64,000 nucleotides of DNA from Podarcis tiliguerta (Eukaryota). Made by a program: the position numbers and the translations under genes. Below are positions 1-13,852 of this stretch, piece after piece (position 1 is the stretch's first letter; each line of letters opens with the position of its first letter). Below the pieces are notes generated by a model. That model saw nothing but the letters and a program-made list of their open reading frames with translations. It was not told the origin of the DNA and searched no databases. The stretch lies in NCBI GenBank assembly GCA_965153285.1, contig OZ229112.1. One strand, 5' to 3'.

Positions 1-864
1 AGAATGGGTTCATAACTCAAGTCGAACCACTGGTCAAGTGGAATAACTGCCACTGAAATTGACCATACCACCCTAATGACTACCCTACCCCAGAGGTCAA
101 GAACTTCTTAGTTGAAATAGAGCCAGTGCAGGAGAACTTCTCAAGAGAGATTCACGCTCCTGCAGACAACTGTGGAAAGCTGCCATTATACAGAGGCAAA
201 TGTGAATCCACGTGTTTCTTTTACCTGCTACGTTTTTAGATGTACACCTGAAAACCTAACCTGTGCCAAAAGTCAGAGTCAAGTTCAAATCTCTTTAAGA
301 AGGAACCTTACAAGGGGAGATAGAAGCCCAGGAGGTACTATTGATATTTGCATATTGGTTGGCATCCGTCTGTCTCAGGAGGCAATGTAAGAGCACACAT
401 TTTGGGAATGAAGTCAAACCGTTGGAGAGTTATAGCTCCCGCTGTGGCTGTAGAGACCGGGAGATACGGGAGAGACATGTTTTACTGCAGGTGGAGCAGA
501 TGAAGAGGTCCAGTTTTGCTGATGCAGGTATACCATGGCATTTTAAACCCAGAAACATATGCTGTTTCGGAAAAGGTAGAGAAAAAGGTCCAACTCTGCT
601 TCAAAACTAAAAGTGTATTGTTAAGTTCTTTGATTTGCTTTCAAGGATGGAAGTCCTCTTTTCCGTTACATGGACTCAGGCAGCCCAACAAGCAGTGAAG
701 TTAGTCTATATAATATTGTTGACCAGTAAATATGTTAAATTAATTAATACATTTATATCCTGCCATTCAATGCATGTGTTTCCAGCGTGACTAACAAAGT
801 AACATCATCATCATCATTTACAAACAAAAAACAAGAAAAGCTTTTGGTTGAAAACCAAAACAAC

Positions 865-1220
865 TGTCAGGAGCAGGTCAGCAATGACTCACATGGCGCC
901 AGTGAAGTTAACTCTTTATTCAAAGAAGCAAGACAGCTCAAGAGGCCAGGCCCAGTGAGCACAGCAACTCTTCCCGGTAGATCTTGCCCCAATGTGGGGA
1001 CAAGTTCCTTGTCTCCCCACAATTTCCTAATTCTCCTCCTTCCTCCAGTTCCTTCCCAAGCAACCTGATACTTCACCACCTTGTCTTCCTCAGCTCTGCC
1101 TTTTGATGCCCCTTCTCTACAGCCTCCTGAAAATGCAGGCGTCTCCTTGCATTGTACAATCCAGAAGACAGGAACCCAATCTGAGAAGACACTTTCCTAG
1201 TCATTGCCAGCCCTACCTCA
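865..1220 (-). mobile_element. Degenerate copy of the LTR-like family seen at 4957-5506
   Basis: Starts tgtcagg and shares aagttaa(c/t)tctttattcaaagaa..acagctca and tcttgccccaa with the 4957 copy; right end approximate. Confidence 0.5.
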
Positions 1221-1613
1221 GGCAGTTGGGGGGGGGTGTAATTCAGGAAAGGGCCTCTGCAGATGATGTGAAGTGCACCAGCAGGTGGATGTAGACACCC
1301 CCAAGTCGATTCAAAGGCAGCCCCACATACAACACATAGCAGTACTGTCACCTGGAGGTTACCTGACCAGGCTATTTTCTGCCTCACACTGCAAACAAAG
1401 CAGCAGCCAGGCTACAGATCGAAAGCAAATTCTTTGTCCAGGTACCTACCACACACCCAGGCTTCCTTTTCCTTTAGTAAATGTATCTAATATATACTAC
1501 TACAGAAGAAATGAGAAATGCACATGTTAAAGTTAAAAAATCTTGTATTCATAGGGTTTACAGCTAAACCAAGCTCTGGAGTAAGAATTATTTACAGAAA
1601 CTACTATGATAGA

Positions 1614-1972
1614 AGGGATGTGGGTGGCGCTGTGGGTTAAACCACAGAGCCTAGGGCTTGCTGATCAGAAGGTCAGCGGTTCGAATCCCCGCGATGGGGT
1701 GAGCTCCCGTTGCTCGGTCCCTGCTCCTGTCAACCTAGCAGTTTGAAAGTACGTCAAAGTGCAAGTAGATAAATAGGTACCACTCCAGCGGGAAGGTAAA
1801 CGGCATTTCCGTGCGCTGCTCTGGTTTGCCAGAAGCGGCTTAGTCATGCTGGCCACATGATCCGAAAGCTGTACGCTGGCTCCCTCGGCCAATAAAGCGA
1901 GATGAGCGCCGCAACCCCAGAGTCGGCCACGACTGGACCTAATGGTCAGGGGTCCCTTTACCTTTACCTTTT
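1614..1972 (+). mobile_element. Sauria SINE, full length
   Basis: tRNA-like head (ggtggcgctgtgg, ggttcgaatccc), (ACCTTT)n tail, 12-bp TSD TACTATGATAGA at 1602-1613 and 1973-1984. Confidence 0.95.
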
Positions 1973-4045
1973 TACTATGATAGAGGTAACAGTTCCCACT
2001 GTTCTTTGTTTATGCATTCAGGTGGACAGTTAGGTTTGACTGATTTGGTTTGGTCCACTTTCAGCTCTGATGAGGGCACACAGTATGAAGGGATCCACAG
2101 CTCTCCTGCTTATCTGTTTGCTTCCTATCAACAACACATCATTCATTCTATCTCTAGGCCCCTTGTGACTTAGACTCCCATTTTTCTTTGGATCCTCCTT
2201 TACCATCTTTTGATCTCCCCCTCTTCCATCCCTTCATCTCTCATGTCCTTGCTTCTATTGCCTTGGGTGTGGGTACTACAAAACTAACAACCATGGTCAA
2301 GCCCAGTGGTTATGTCTGCTTGATGATGTTGGTAAGGAAGCCCTGGAGGACTGTGTAGCGCAGTGCATGCAAATCGCCACAGGTTCACATCTAGGCTTGT
2401 GAAATAATCTGAAACCGTAGAGAGATCTGTAGTTAGTCATTGTAAAGACCTAGACGGACCACTGGCCTGAGTCCTTTATTAAGGAAGCTTCCTATGCATG
2501 CCCTTCGTGCCGTTGCTAGAAGGATATGGATACTGAAGGATTTGGATACTGTGACTGGATTACGGGAAAGAGATCAAGAAATAATGACCATGGAAGAAGG
2601 ATAAGAAACCGTGAATTAGAGTAGACAGGTTAAATGGCATGCTGGCAGAGTGTTGTTCTCTGCTCTGCGGAGTAGTATTGCAGTACGCTATTGAAGGATG
2701 TTGGCAGGATAGTATTACATACAGTTTTGCATTTTGGACAAATAGAGGGATGCAGTCCAGCAGTTGTTGTTTTTTTAATCACTAAAGCTATATTCTACCC
2801 CCACTCCTATCAGGCCCGGGCCTTGGTTTTAAAAAGTTATAAAAATAATTTATTCAGTTTATTAGTTTTCAGGAGAACCCTCAAACTGAAGTTCATTTGG
2901 CTATATAGCTAAAGGCTTGAGTTTTCTGTAAATGTAAATTATTACTTTAGTAATAATAATTACTATCACCAGTTTTATTTTATTCATCTCTCCATCCCAC
3001 ACACATTTATTTCCAGTTATCCACATGTCCCTGGAGGTTAATCAAGAAACAGTTAAAATGTTTCTAGGGTTTTATTGTTTAAAAACATTTTAGAAAAGCA
3101 AGAACATTGTGAGGGTTGAAAGAAGCAGATTTGGGGTGGACTCCCCTGCACTAAGGTGGAGACACATAAACACAACAGTATAATGAGCCCAGCTGAATTG
3201 TGAAATAGCTTGAGAATGTCGTTTTACTGCCATTTCCTTGATTTCAACACTACCAAGTTTGTCATGGATGACGGCTTTGTGGTTCTTGTGACACTGCTGG
3301 AGAAAATTGGATTTGGAGAAAGTTTATTTAGCTCTCTAAATAATTCAAAATGTTTTCAATTTGTCTTTCCCCCAGCACAGCATGCTTCAACTATGCCTTA
3401 TATTTCATACAATGTAAGAAGAGTAACTATCTGTCCTCTTCTTACTACCTCCGGGTTTGGTTTGGTTTGGTTTCCCAGGAGTGATGTGGGAGAGAGTGGT
3501 GTTCAAAGCATTTTCTTGGATGTGGAACCACACTTGTAGCTACAAGTCCTTTGACTCAGGCAGCTATAATAATGAAGCTGTGAGTCTTTGTTCAAAGAGG
3601 GAGCCCACTGTCCTAGCAATACATAAGAAAAACTCAGCTCTCTGAAGTAAGTCAGGTTGCCTGATCTTGGGTCATGGCCTGGCAGGACCACAGACAAGCA
3701 ACATGGTTGAGGACAGGTCAGAGGTCAGGTTTTAGAGTGGACAGACAAGGATCCTAAGGGCTAAAGACAGATGTGGTCTAAAATGAGCTGGTGGTCAAAT
3801 TCTGGAAGCAACCTTGAAGAAGTATCTATATAGTGATTCTGGTCACTCTTGAATCCCAATGTCACATGGTCTGGCTGGGCTGATGAGTCACTTTTTGGCC
3901 ATTATATAGGTGACACTGTTCCTCAGCAAAGATCAGGCTATTAACTCCCCAAGCCTCAGTGCTGTCCTGGTGGCATAGTGAGTAAGGTGCCTGGACCCTA
4001 CTCTCATGCCTTATTTGTAAGACTTGGGTCACATCCACACAATAA

Positions 4046-4369
4046 CTGAAGGAGCGTCTCCACCCCCATTGTTCAGCTCGGACACTGAGATCCAGCGCCG
4101 AGGGCCTTCTGGCGGTTCCCTCATTGTGAGAAGTGAGGCTACAGGGAACCAGATAGAGGGCCTTCTCGGTAGTGGCGCCTGCCCTGTGGAACGCCCTCCC
4201 ATCAGATGTCAAAGAGATAAACAATTACCTGACATTCAGAAGACATCTGAAGGCAGCCCTGTTCAGGGAAGTTTTTAATATGTAACACTGTACTGGTTTT
4301 AACACTTGATTGGGAGCCACCCAGAGTGGCTGGGGAAACTCAGCCAGATGGGCCGGGTATAAATAATAA

Positions 4370-4407
<38 letters not shown>
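4046..4407 (+). mobile_element. L2-clade LINE 3' fragment with (TTA)n tail
   Basis: Encodes ...RAFSVVAPALWNALPSDVKEINNYLTFRRHLKAALF, a typical L2 ORF2 C-terminus; near-identical copy at 42951-43388. Confidence 0.85.
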
Positions 4408-4956
4408 GGCTCCAAAGAATCTTGGGAACTGTGGTTTATCCCTCACAGCAATTCCCAGCACCACTGGCAAATCACATTTCTCAGAATTCTGTGGGGGAAG
4501 CAGTGTGTTTTAAATGCATGGTGTTCCTGTTACCTAACCTTATGGAACCAGGTTATTCCAGTTTCAGCATCATAGAGTTTTATCTGTGGTGGAATTCATC
4601 TGTGGTGGAATCATGATTCAGTCCAGATAACTTTGTGCTTGCATGATACCTGTCAGTGTCAGGCAATTAACTGACTGAAAATAAATTTATGCAGGCTGTA
4701 ACCCTATACCTGGGAGTAAGCCTCATTGAACTTAATGTGTCTTACTTCTGGGAGGTGTATCGGAATAAAGAACTCCTGTGAGCCCAGAGTAGCCATCCAC
4801 AAATACATTTCTCCAGGGTTCACAGCTTTGCACTTGGGCTACATAGGAACTTGCACTGTGCCAGGCCAGACTTATTTTTTCCCATCTCCCCAATATTTGC
4901 CATTTTGACGACTGGTAGCAACACTGCAGACTCTGGCAGAGATCTTTTGCATCAGC

Positions 4957-5506
4957 TGTCAGGGGCCGGAGTCAGAGGCAAGACAGCAATAAAACACCCA
5001 GTGTTGGTAAAGTTAATTCTTTATTCAAAGAATCCAAAACAGCTCAGGCCTAGTGATCACAGTAGGTCTTGCCCCAAGAAGGCAGTTGCAAGGACTGAAG
5101 GTCCCCGCCTTCCAACCACTCTCCCTTGGGTCCTTCTCCAGCAACCTGAGGCAACTTCGTCTTGCCTCTCTTTGCTCTTCTCTCTTCGTTCCTCTCTGTG
5201 TTCTGGGAGACCACAGGTGAGGGAAGCTGGTTTCAGAGGAGGAGGAACCTCCCTGGCTTCTTCAGCAGTCTGCCTCCACTCTGCCTCTTGACCCCCATCT
5301 GCTGCTGCCTCTGATTCTGCACTGCTCTCTGCAGCACTCTTCCTGCTCACTAAACCCTGTTACCTCTTCACCTTCCAACACCTCCTTCCAGCCTGCTCCC
5401 TCTTCTCTCTCTGACCACTCATTGCCATCCCACCACCAGTCCCCTTCCCTTGGGGATTCTCCAGCTGGTGCCACCCCACTCCTCTTTGTCCAGCCAGTCC
5501 CTGACA
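4957..5506 (-). mobile_element. Solo-LTR-like element, probably Gypsy type
   Basis: Perfect 8-bp inverted termini TGTCAGGG...CCCTGACA, 550 bp, minus-strand AATAAA at 5020-5025; no clean TSD visible. Confidence 0.6.
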
Positions 5507-6756
5507 CCACGCAAGCCTTTTAACTAGAGATGCTGCAAATTGGACCTGGGACCATCTGCATTGAAAGCATATGTTCTACCACTGAGCCATGATTCGTTGA
5601 CTGGAATGAGGGCAAGCCCAGAGCACTGTAGGGCCAAGCTTCCTTTGAGAGTAGGTGTTTTTTTACTCCTGCGTATTCTAAAAGAAAAACGTCCAGGTGG
5701 AAGAATAAAGTGGGCTTCTGGTTTTAATTCATTATTTTCTTTTAAAAAAACCCCAAGTTCCTCACTCATCTCCTCCTCTAACGTTTGAAGTCGGGGCTGA
5801 GGCATGTGTTCACTTTTGTAGCCGAGAGGAGTGTTGCAATTTCTGGAGACTTGAGGAAGTTCCCTCCCAACCTGCTGGATGGCCCCAGAATCCTCAAATA
5901 TTATGACCTACATACTGAACTGAGAATGTTTGTGTAGATTTCGGCTAGTTCTAAAAGCAAATCCCAATGCTGTGTTCCCTTTCTCTGCTTCATGGCTCCC
6001 TATACCTAGAACATATAAGCAAATGGACAGGAAGGAGCCAGCAAAAAGCAAATGGATGATTTTATATAAGCTAGCAAAGAGAGGGTAGGCACATTACTAG
6101 CTCTGTAAGTGGCCTAGTTCACAGGTAATGCTGAACTATAATTTAGTGCTATGTGCATGAGCTGGAAAAGGCCTAAACCTTCTCTCTTTCCACACTGGCC
6201 GGAGAAGGAGTTTGTTTGCTGTTAGCTTCATTTTCCATGAATCTTAGCTTGTTGTGATGCACACATTAGAGACAATGGTTTAAAACAAGCAAGCGTACGT
6301 CAACCTACCGTTCAAGAAACTGTCTTGTTAAACTCCCTACAATTTAAGTTGCAATCTTTTGTGCGTACGTAATGACAAGCCAAAATTCATGGAAAGTGAC
6401 ACTAAATGTGAACACAGGCCTTCTCTTGGGCACATGGCAGGAGGAGAGGGAGAGGCACACAAATTTGGGGCTTCGTTGAGACTTAATTCCTGCTTGTTTT
6501 ACCATCTGAACCAGGGATTATGTTTAATAGGCTCTCAACAAACCACAGTCTCGTTCTGATCTAACTGATCGTGGTTTGTTGGAGCAAAACCAACCACTAT
6601 CTTTGGTTTGGGTACGACACTAAGCCAAGGATCGTGGTTTGTTCCATCTATACAAGAGCACGGTGGAGTAAAAAGGACCTGAAAGGTGCAGTTGTGGTGA
6701 AGCCCTAAAGTCTGGTTTCTCATAATGTGCAAATGAAGCCAGAAATGGTCAGCATA

Positions 6757-6816
6757 GATCATAGAATCATAGAGTTGGAAGAGACCACAAGGGCCATCGA
6801 GTCCAACCCCCTGCCA
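6757..6816 (-). mobile_element. Extremely 5'-truncated CR1 3' end
   Basis: Nearly identical to the tail of the young CR1 at 55455 (atagaatcatagagttggaagagaccacaaggg); flanked by AGCATA direct repeats. Confidence 0.85.
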
Positions 6817-7591
6817 AGCATAACACAAGGACAGATGGATAAATTGTAGTGTGACCTGTTATAGGACACCTTTCTTTGTTCCAGTTTCTCAGCGGAGAAA
6901 GAGAACCCTTGAAAATGTCATTTTAGATGCCATGCCATCAAGCCACTAAGAAAAAGCTTTTATTTTAGAACATTTCTCCTCCTTGCAAATATGGCAGTGG
7001 GTGAATCTAATAATAATAATACTTAACATATGTTTAACACTTTGGAGTGCATTATGTAGTTGTAATCCTTAACAACCCTGTCAAGTTTAGGATTACAACT
7101 AGCTAATGCACACGAACCACTTTGAACACCCGAAAGCACTGTGTAGATGTCAAATATTATTAGATTTACCCACAGTGTAAAGTAAGCCAGTATTATTATT
7201 TCCCCACATTGCAGAGTGGAACTGCATTTGGATGGTTATATCTTGGTTTAAAAGCCAAGATATAAAGCATATTGCAGTCCTTTGTGCAAAGAAGCAAACT
7301 AGGCAGGGATTCTTCCATTAACTGTGGTTTGCCATTTCATATGAATCAGTAAACCATGGCTAACTGTTTGGAACAAGTCTGAATATTATCTCATAGTTTG
7401 AAGTTGGGTAGTAGCCTTCCTGGCTTGTTCTGAAGCTGTAAACCACAGCAATAGTTCAAACAAACTGGGAAACTTTAGATAATGGAATAAAAAAATCCTA
7501 GTTGGCTGGCTTGAGCAAAGAGTCCAGGTCAGAAGGATCAATCATATCTCAGTTTCTGAGCCAATATATGATCATCCATACTCACCCTGAT

Positions 7592-7593
<2 letters not shown>

Positions 7594-7624
<31 letters not shown>
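7594..7624. repeat. (GA)n microsatellite
   Basis: Directly visible. Confidence 0.95.
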
Positions 7625-7626
<2 letters not shown>

Positions 7627-8452
7627 ATAAGTTGCCAAAGGCCACCTAGTGAGGTCATGGCAGAGTAAAAGTTTGAAATGGGCATTTATGGGTTCATAAC
7701 TCAGTTTCTCAGCCATTACACTACACTAGCTCAATGGCCAGCTCAACCAACTTTGCACAACCAAGCTAGAAGATCTACCTTTTGCCAGTAAAAGGAGGGT
7801 CAGCTTGCATCCTCCTCCTCCTCCTGTTTCCTAGGAGCAGATAGGAGACAGGGTTGTGACTCACACACATTAATCCAAGATGGAAAAGGAGCAGCGCTTC
7901 ATGGAAGAAGATGAAAGAGTTGTGGATATATATTTTTATTTGATTTAGAAAAAAAAAAGATTCCAGCATAAGCAGAATAGCAAAGTGCATACCTGAGAAT
8001 TTTCCAAACACAACACACATTGACTTGCATATTTGATTTCGGCAGCGATACATGAGAGCCTGGGATATTGCAGGCCAAGGATGCGAGTCTGATGGTAATT
8101 TGGAAGGAGCTTTGCCTTTCTCAGATGTTCTGGCAAAACGTGAAGGACTTTTTGTTGCTCGTCTGAAATAGCAGAGGAGAACATGGACAGCCTGGACAGT
8201 GCTAGAAATGCCTCTGCCAGCCTCAGTTGCCAAGAACTTGACTTAGGTGCAAGAGAAGCTGCCTTATACTTTGCTTTATACCCTTTGGGTCATCTTGCTT
8301 AGTATCTTTCCACACTGACTGGCTGTGGCTCTCCAGATTTTTAGACAACAGACATTCCCAGCACTACATAAGAGATGACGTCGATTGGACCTTGGACCTA
8401 CTGCTCCATCACAGAGCTGTAGCCCTTTCCAGAGAGCCTAACTCTCGGGTTA

Positions 8453-8802
8453 AAGGTAAAGGGACCCCTGACCATTAGGTCCAGTCGTGACCGACTCTGG
8501 GGCTGCGGCGCTCATCTCGCTTTATTGGCCAAGGGAGCCGGCGTACAGTTTCCGGGTCATGTGGCCAGCATGACTAAGCCGCTTCTGGCAAACCAGAGCA
8601 GTGCATGGAAACGCCGTTTACCTTCCCGCTGGAGCGGTACCTATTTATCTACTTGCACTTTGACGTGCTTTCAAACTGCTAGGTTGACAGGAACTGGGAC
8701 CGAGCAACGGGAGCTCACCCTGTCGCGGGGATTCAAACCGCCGACCTTCTGATCGGCAAGTCCTAGGCTCTGTGGTTTAACCCACAGCACCACCTGCGTC
8801 CC
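8453..8802 (-). mobile_element. Sauria SINE, full length
   Basis: Reverse complement of the 1614 copy; 13-bp TSD AACTCT(C/T)GGGTTA at 8440-8452 and 8803-8815. Confidence 0.95.
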
Positions 8803-11250
8803 AACTCTTGGGTTATTAACATCCTAATATCCCTTATTTATCAACTGCTGTTCATTAGGAGAGGTGTAGCATCAATCATTGTGGAGAGTCTTCCCACTTT
8901 GTATGTGATGGACCAGCTTCTACTTGTCACTGCTGATAAGTCCAGTGTGTGTGTGTGTGGGGGGGGCTGTTATTTTATGCCAACTACCACCACGTTAGTT
9001 GAATTTCAAAACCTTCTAACTGCTGCTGCCATGTATCTAAACCATGGTGTTTGTCAAAGCCTTAATCTATAACCCAGTAGACGTGGTACAAAATCAGCCC
9101 AACTCAAGTTATAAGTAAAAAAAAAGAAGAAGTTGCTCTTTCATTATTATTAACCATAAAGAGAGGGGGAAATGTAAATACTATACATACTGTATATTGG
9201 TTACAGTTTCTTTTAAGGCTTGCACTTGTAAGGTTACTGTTATAATTAGCAACAGCCTGCTAATACAAAAGCTTGCATGAGGCTTGCTGTTAAAATCTTA
9301 GTTTATTTTCCTATTAAATCCTGTGTGCTAATTACATACCCTCCAATATTTATCTGATGAAAATAGGGACATCCCATTACATAATGATAATTTTACTATT
9401 TGTACCCCACACATCTTACTGGGTTGCCCCAGCCACCCTGGGCAGCTTCCAACATATATAAAAACATAATAAAACATTAAACATTAAAAAAAAACCACCT
9501 TCCCTAAACAGGATTGCCTTCAGATGGCTCAGGGGTAGGATAATTCCATACCCTCCAACATTTCTCCAATGAAAACAGGGACATCCTAAGGAAAAGTGGA
9601 ACATTCCGGGATCAAATCAGAAACCGGGACGGCTTCTCTAAATTTGGGACATTCCTTGGAGGGTCTGTAATTACCCGTAGCCCATTTTCTCAGGACTGTC
9701 AGTCTTGCCAGGAGTCAGTCTCACAGAGGCCTTCTGCTGGTTTTCTATTAGCCAAGCTTGCAGGCAGTTCTCTCTCTGGTCCTTGCTGAACTTTTCCTTG
9801 CTGCTCACAGTCCTTTGATGACCTCTCTGCCAATCTTCAGCTTAAGATAGTGATTTAGCTCTTTTGTGGGGAGGGCAGGCTATTTTACCAGGCTGTTCCT
9901 AGCCTCTTCAATAGTGGCTTTCCTATCTTCCACCTGCTTCAACTCCAGCCTTCTCTCCTAGCTGCTTCTTGTGGTCCATAGTGTCAGACAGTCTCCCACT
10001 CCCTCTGAACAGAGTAAGAACTATCCAGCCCGCCTACCATTCAACTAATCAGATTTGAGTGGCATAGAATTCTAGGCCACTTTGATCCAGGCAACAGGCC
10101 CTCAGGATTCTTATTATTACCAAACTGTTTTGGAGACAGTGACAGAATATGTGGAACGGGGGTAGTGAATGTGGTGCCCTCTGGCTTTTGTTGGATTTCA
10201 ACTCCCCTCCTCCCTAATCAGCACAGCCGATGATGAGAGTTGTAGTCCAACAACATTTGGAGGACACACCATGTTGGCAGATGTAAGAAGGAAAAATCCA
10301 TGTTTGGTTGTCAAGAAATTTACAAGCCTTTACACAGCGGCCACCAATGGACCCTCCTGGTTTTGCGAAGGGGGTGAGAAGGGGCAGGTGTGGGAAATAG
10401 CATAATTATCAAGCCCTCCAATGAATGCTTTCCCTGTCCTGCTCAGCATGGAAAGTGTAATGTAGTAGGGGAGATTCACAACCTGGGAAAGGCTCCACAT
10501 TCACCACTGACCACGCCAAGCCAACTCTCCAATCTGTCACTGCGCCACCAGTAGTGATTGCTTAGTCCCAGATGCATTCCCTGTTCACTGGGCAGGGATA
10601 TAGAACTTCATTAATCATTCTGTAATCCCTAAGATGTAACATTATCCATCACTCACATGGCAAATATAATAGTCTAGCACAGTGGTGAAGAAAGATGAGA
10701 CTTAGAAGATGGATAACTTGGGGAAAGAAACATAGTTTTTCTGGAGGAGACTGCAGACAACTTCCCGCTCGCAGTTCAAAAATGAGAAAATCCACAGACC
10801 TGGCATTCTAGAAATGTTTGGATACATAATATTGATTAAGAGTTCTACTCATAACCACCCAGAACTCAGGGTTTTTCTTTGTTTTTCAATAGCTGTAAAT
10901 GTTTTGCTTTATAACGAATCTGTCCTCTTAAACGTACGTTTCTGGCCCTAGTAGAAATCAACTTTATATTGCTAAAGCAAAGAGTGTTTGTTTAGTTGCT
11001 CCCCACCCACCACCAGAAACTGAAATCTTCACTGGAAAATACAGGTCAGACTTATTAAGGGAAGATAAAGCATCTTTTTGCTGTTTAGAAATGACAGACT
11101 TCAGACTAATAGACTTTGAATTTTTGAGCTACTATTGCAAAGGTGGCCACCTTGTTTGTTATTGTTTTGTTGTGGTCTGCCAATAGATCACAAATAATAT
11201 CAGTCAAGGCCCAATCAGCTCTTGCTTTCAAAAAAGCCCCCCCCCCCAAT

Positions 11251-11500
11251 GAGTCAGTGTGGTGTAGTGGTTTAGAGCGATAGACTCGTAATCTAGGGAA
11301 CCGGGTTCGCGTCTCCGCTCCTCCACATGCAGCTGCTGGGTGACCTTGGGCCAGTCACACTTCTCTGAAGTCTCTCAGCCCCACTCACCTCACAGAGTGT
11401 TTGTTGTGGGGGAGGAAGGGAAAGGAGAATGTTAGCCGCTTTGAGACTCCTTCGGGTAGTGATAAAGCGGGATATCAAATCCAAACTCCTCCTCCTCCTC
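11251..11500 (+). mobile_element. tRNA-derived CORE/MIR-related SINE (Squam3-like)
   Basis: A box tggtgtagtgg, B box ggttcgcgtct, core gggtgaccttgggccagtcac, (CCT)n tail; partial copy at about 34564-34706. Confidence 0.75.
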
Positions 11501-13852
11501 TGGGGATCTCTATTCAAGGGACAATGCAAAAGGTAATGCACTGCATCTTCCATCTCCCCAGTAGCAGAAACACATGTCTGCTGCTAAGGCACTCAGGTAA
11601 TTTTTAAAATAGCATCAGTTGTACCAGTTACTTGTTTATGTTCAGTGCCAATTGTCTACTTAATTGTAGCATTACTTGAACAGTAATGCCCTACATTGTG
11701 TAACCTGGTTTAACCTCCTTGTTCTACAAAGCCCCAAATGTTGTAACCTTTCCTTCTAGGGGAGTTGCTCCAGCCCCTTGATCATTTTCCTTTTGAATCT
11801 TGACAGTATCGTTTCTCAGTTGAGGCAAGCAGAACCATGCACAGTATTCTGAGTGCAGCCACACCATAGCTTTCTGCAATCTCCTCTTCCTCTTTTAGCT
11901 CGCCTTTGGCTCCCTTGTTATCCAAACGTCTAATGGCCTCCTTTGCTGGCCTCCTTTCTCTCTCTCACATACACACACACACACACACATATGTATGTAT
12001 GTATGTTAACAATGTGTTCCTTACTTCTTCTTTTGCATCCCTTATTGCCTGCTTGCATTTCTTCAGCCGAAGTTTGCATTCCTTTTTGTTTTCCCCATTT
12101 GGACAAGACTTGGACATTTTCTGAAGGAAAGCTTCTTGCCTTTAATAGCTTCCTGCAGGTATCTTCTCAGTCCCAGTGGTTCATTTCCTGATCTGCAGTG
12201 TACATTGCAGCTGAGCTTCTATTATTGTTGTTTTGAACAACACCCGGGCTTTCTGGAGAGATTTGGCCATCTTCATTTTCCCTTTCACCTTCCTTTTTAC
12301 CGATCTTCTCATTTTGAGAGAGTTCATTCTTCTGGAGTGACTGTGTTGGGCTTCCTTGACAATTGCCAAGTTGATTTATTCTCAGTTGAAAATCTAGCTC
12401 TGAAATTATCTACTAAATTGTCCTTCGTCAATATGGCACCTTCCAGATGTTACTGAACTGCAACTCCCATCCTTAACCATTGACCATTTTGGCTGGGGCT
12501 GAAGGGAGCTGTAGTTCAAAATGTCTGGAGAGCACCAAATTGGGGAAGACTGTACCAAATGTCCTTCTTGCATTAATCCACCAATGACACAATCTTATAC
12601 ATGCCAATACAGAAGCAAGTCGCACTGGGTTGAACAGGGTTTGGCCTTAAGTAGCTTAAATAGACACTATGTTTGATAGGGTTTATTGCCCAGTAAATGG
12701 GCTTTAGGATTGCAATCTAAGTTGACTTAGCGCAACTTGCCGTATAACTCAGGCATAAAGCCAATGGGCCAAGACAGATTTCAGCAAACAATAAAAGCTC
12801 CAGATTTATCTCCCTTCTATTCTACTACTGTGTTTCCCCCCTCTTACTTGCTTTGAGACCACTGCTGTTACCTTCTGTGGTGGAAATCAAAGAACACAAA
12901 ACACAGTGCTTGCCGGGAATGAGCACAGCCCACATAAAGCTCAGGAGAACTGCAGGAGAGATGTGAAAACTTGCTGATCAATATATAACTCTGCATGCTG
13001 TATTGTGCTAATGGAGGTCCAAATAGAAGCTTTTGTGAGACCACCCTGAATATCCAGCTACTGGACAGAGAATTGGAAACAGTCTTCAAACACTTCTGCT
13101 GTACATTATAATCTAGTGAGGAAAGCCAGCTACAGAAAAGACAACTGTTGCCAAGTTTAATGTAAAGTGCATGTAATATGATCTGTTGTACCTTTGGAAG
13201 ATCAAATCATTTGCCTGTTTAACTTTCCAAATGGGAAAATCCTTACTTCCTGTTTTCTTTCCACACTTTCTCATATTTCTTTCTCTCTCTCTGTGTGTGT
13301 GTACAAAAACTAGTCACCTACATTGTGTGAATGCATCAATGGATTATCAGTTCCATCAGTGGATTGCAAATATTTGGCGACCAGTGCTTAGAAGATACAC
13401 AGGGCTAAAAGAGTCAACGTGTAGGTCTGTCTGCATCTCAGGATCAAGACAGAACCATGGTGGTGTCCCTTTCCTGAAAGCCCTCTCCTCTTAGGGCTGG
13501 GTCCACACACCTGCTTTCCCTTACGAAATGATTTCTAGGTCAAGGAAGAGCAAACGTTTCCCCTGTAGGTTCCTGCAAATGTCTTTGTTGTTGCACTTGG
13601 CAGCCCTGAATGACTTGTAAGTCTGCCTTGTCAGGTGGCAGCCTGGGGCACATGCTTGTGTGAGGTCCATGGGTGAGACGAGCGCCAGCCTGCAGCTTGA
13701 TGAGACAGGCAGGGAATCTTCAGTGTAAGATCCCTGAAAGCAATGCCACCATCTCCCCTGACCCATCCCGACCAAGCAAATTACAGTCTTAAGGAGAATA
13801 ATTGCTTGGGCAGAAGTTGCCGGTGAGCCAATCAGTGTACATTTTGGGGAAG

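Noticed and set aside
62-74. accataccaccct matching the 5' part of 5S rRNA
   Set aside because: Only 13 nt with no downstream similarity; likely chance.
1665-1892. Recurring ORF family MAEGASVQL...GTYLSTCTLTCF (also 8525, 46296, 52876)
   Set aside because: Antisense translation of Sauria SINE copies, not a gene family.
4225-4616. Poly-Ile and poly-Leu ORFs resembling signal or transmembrane peptides
   Set aside because: Translations of the (TTA)n tail of an L2 element.
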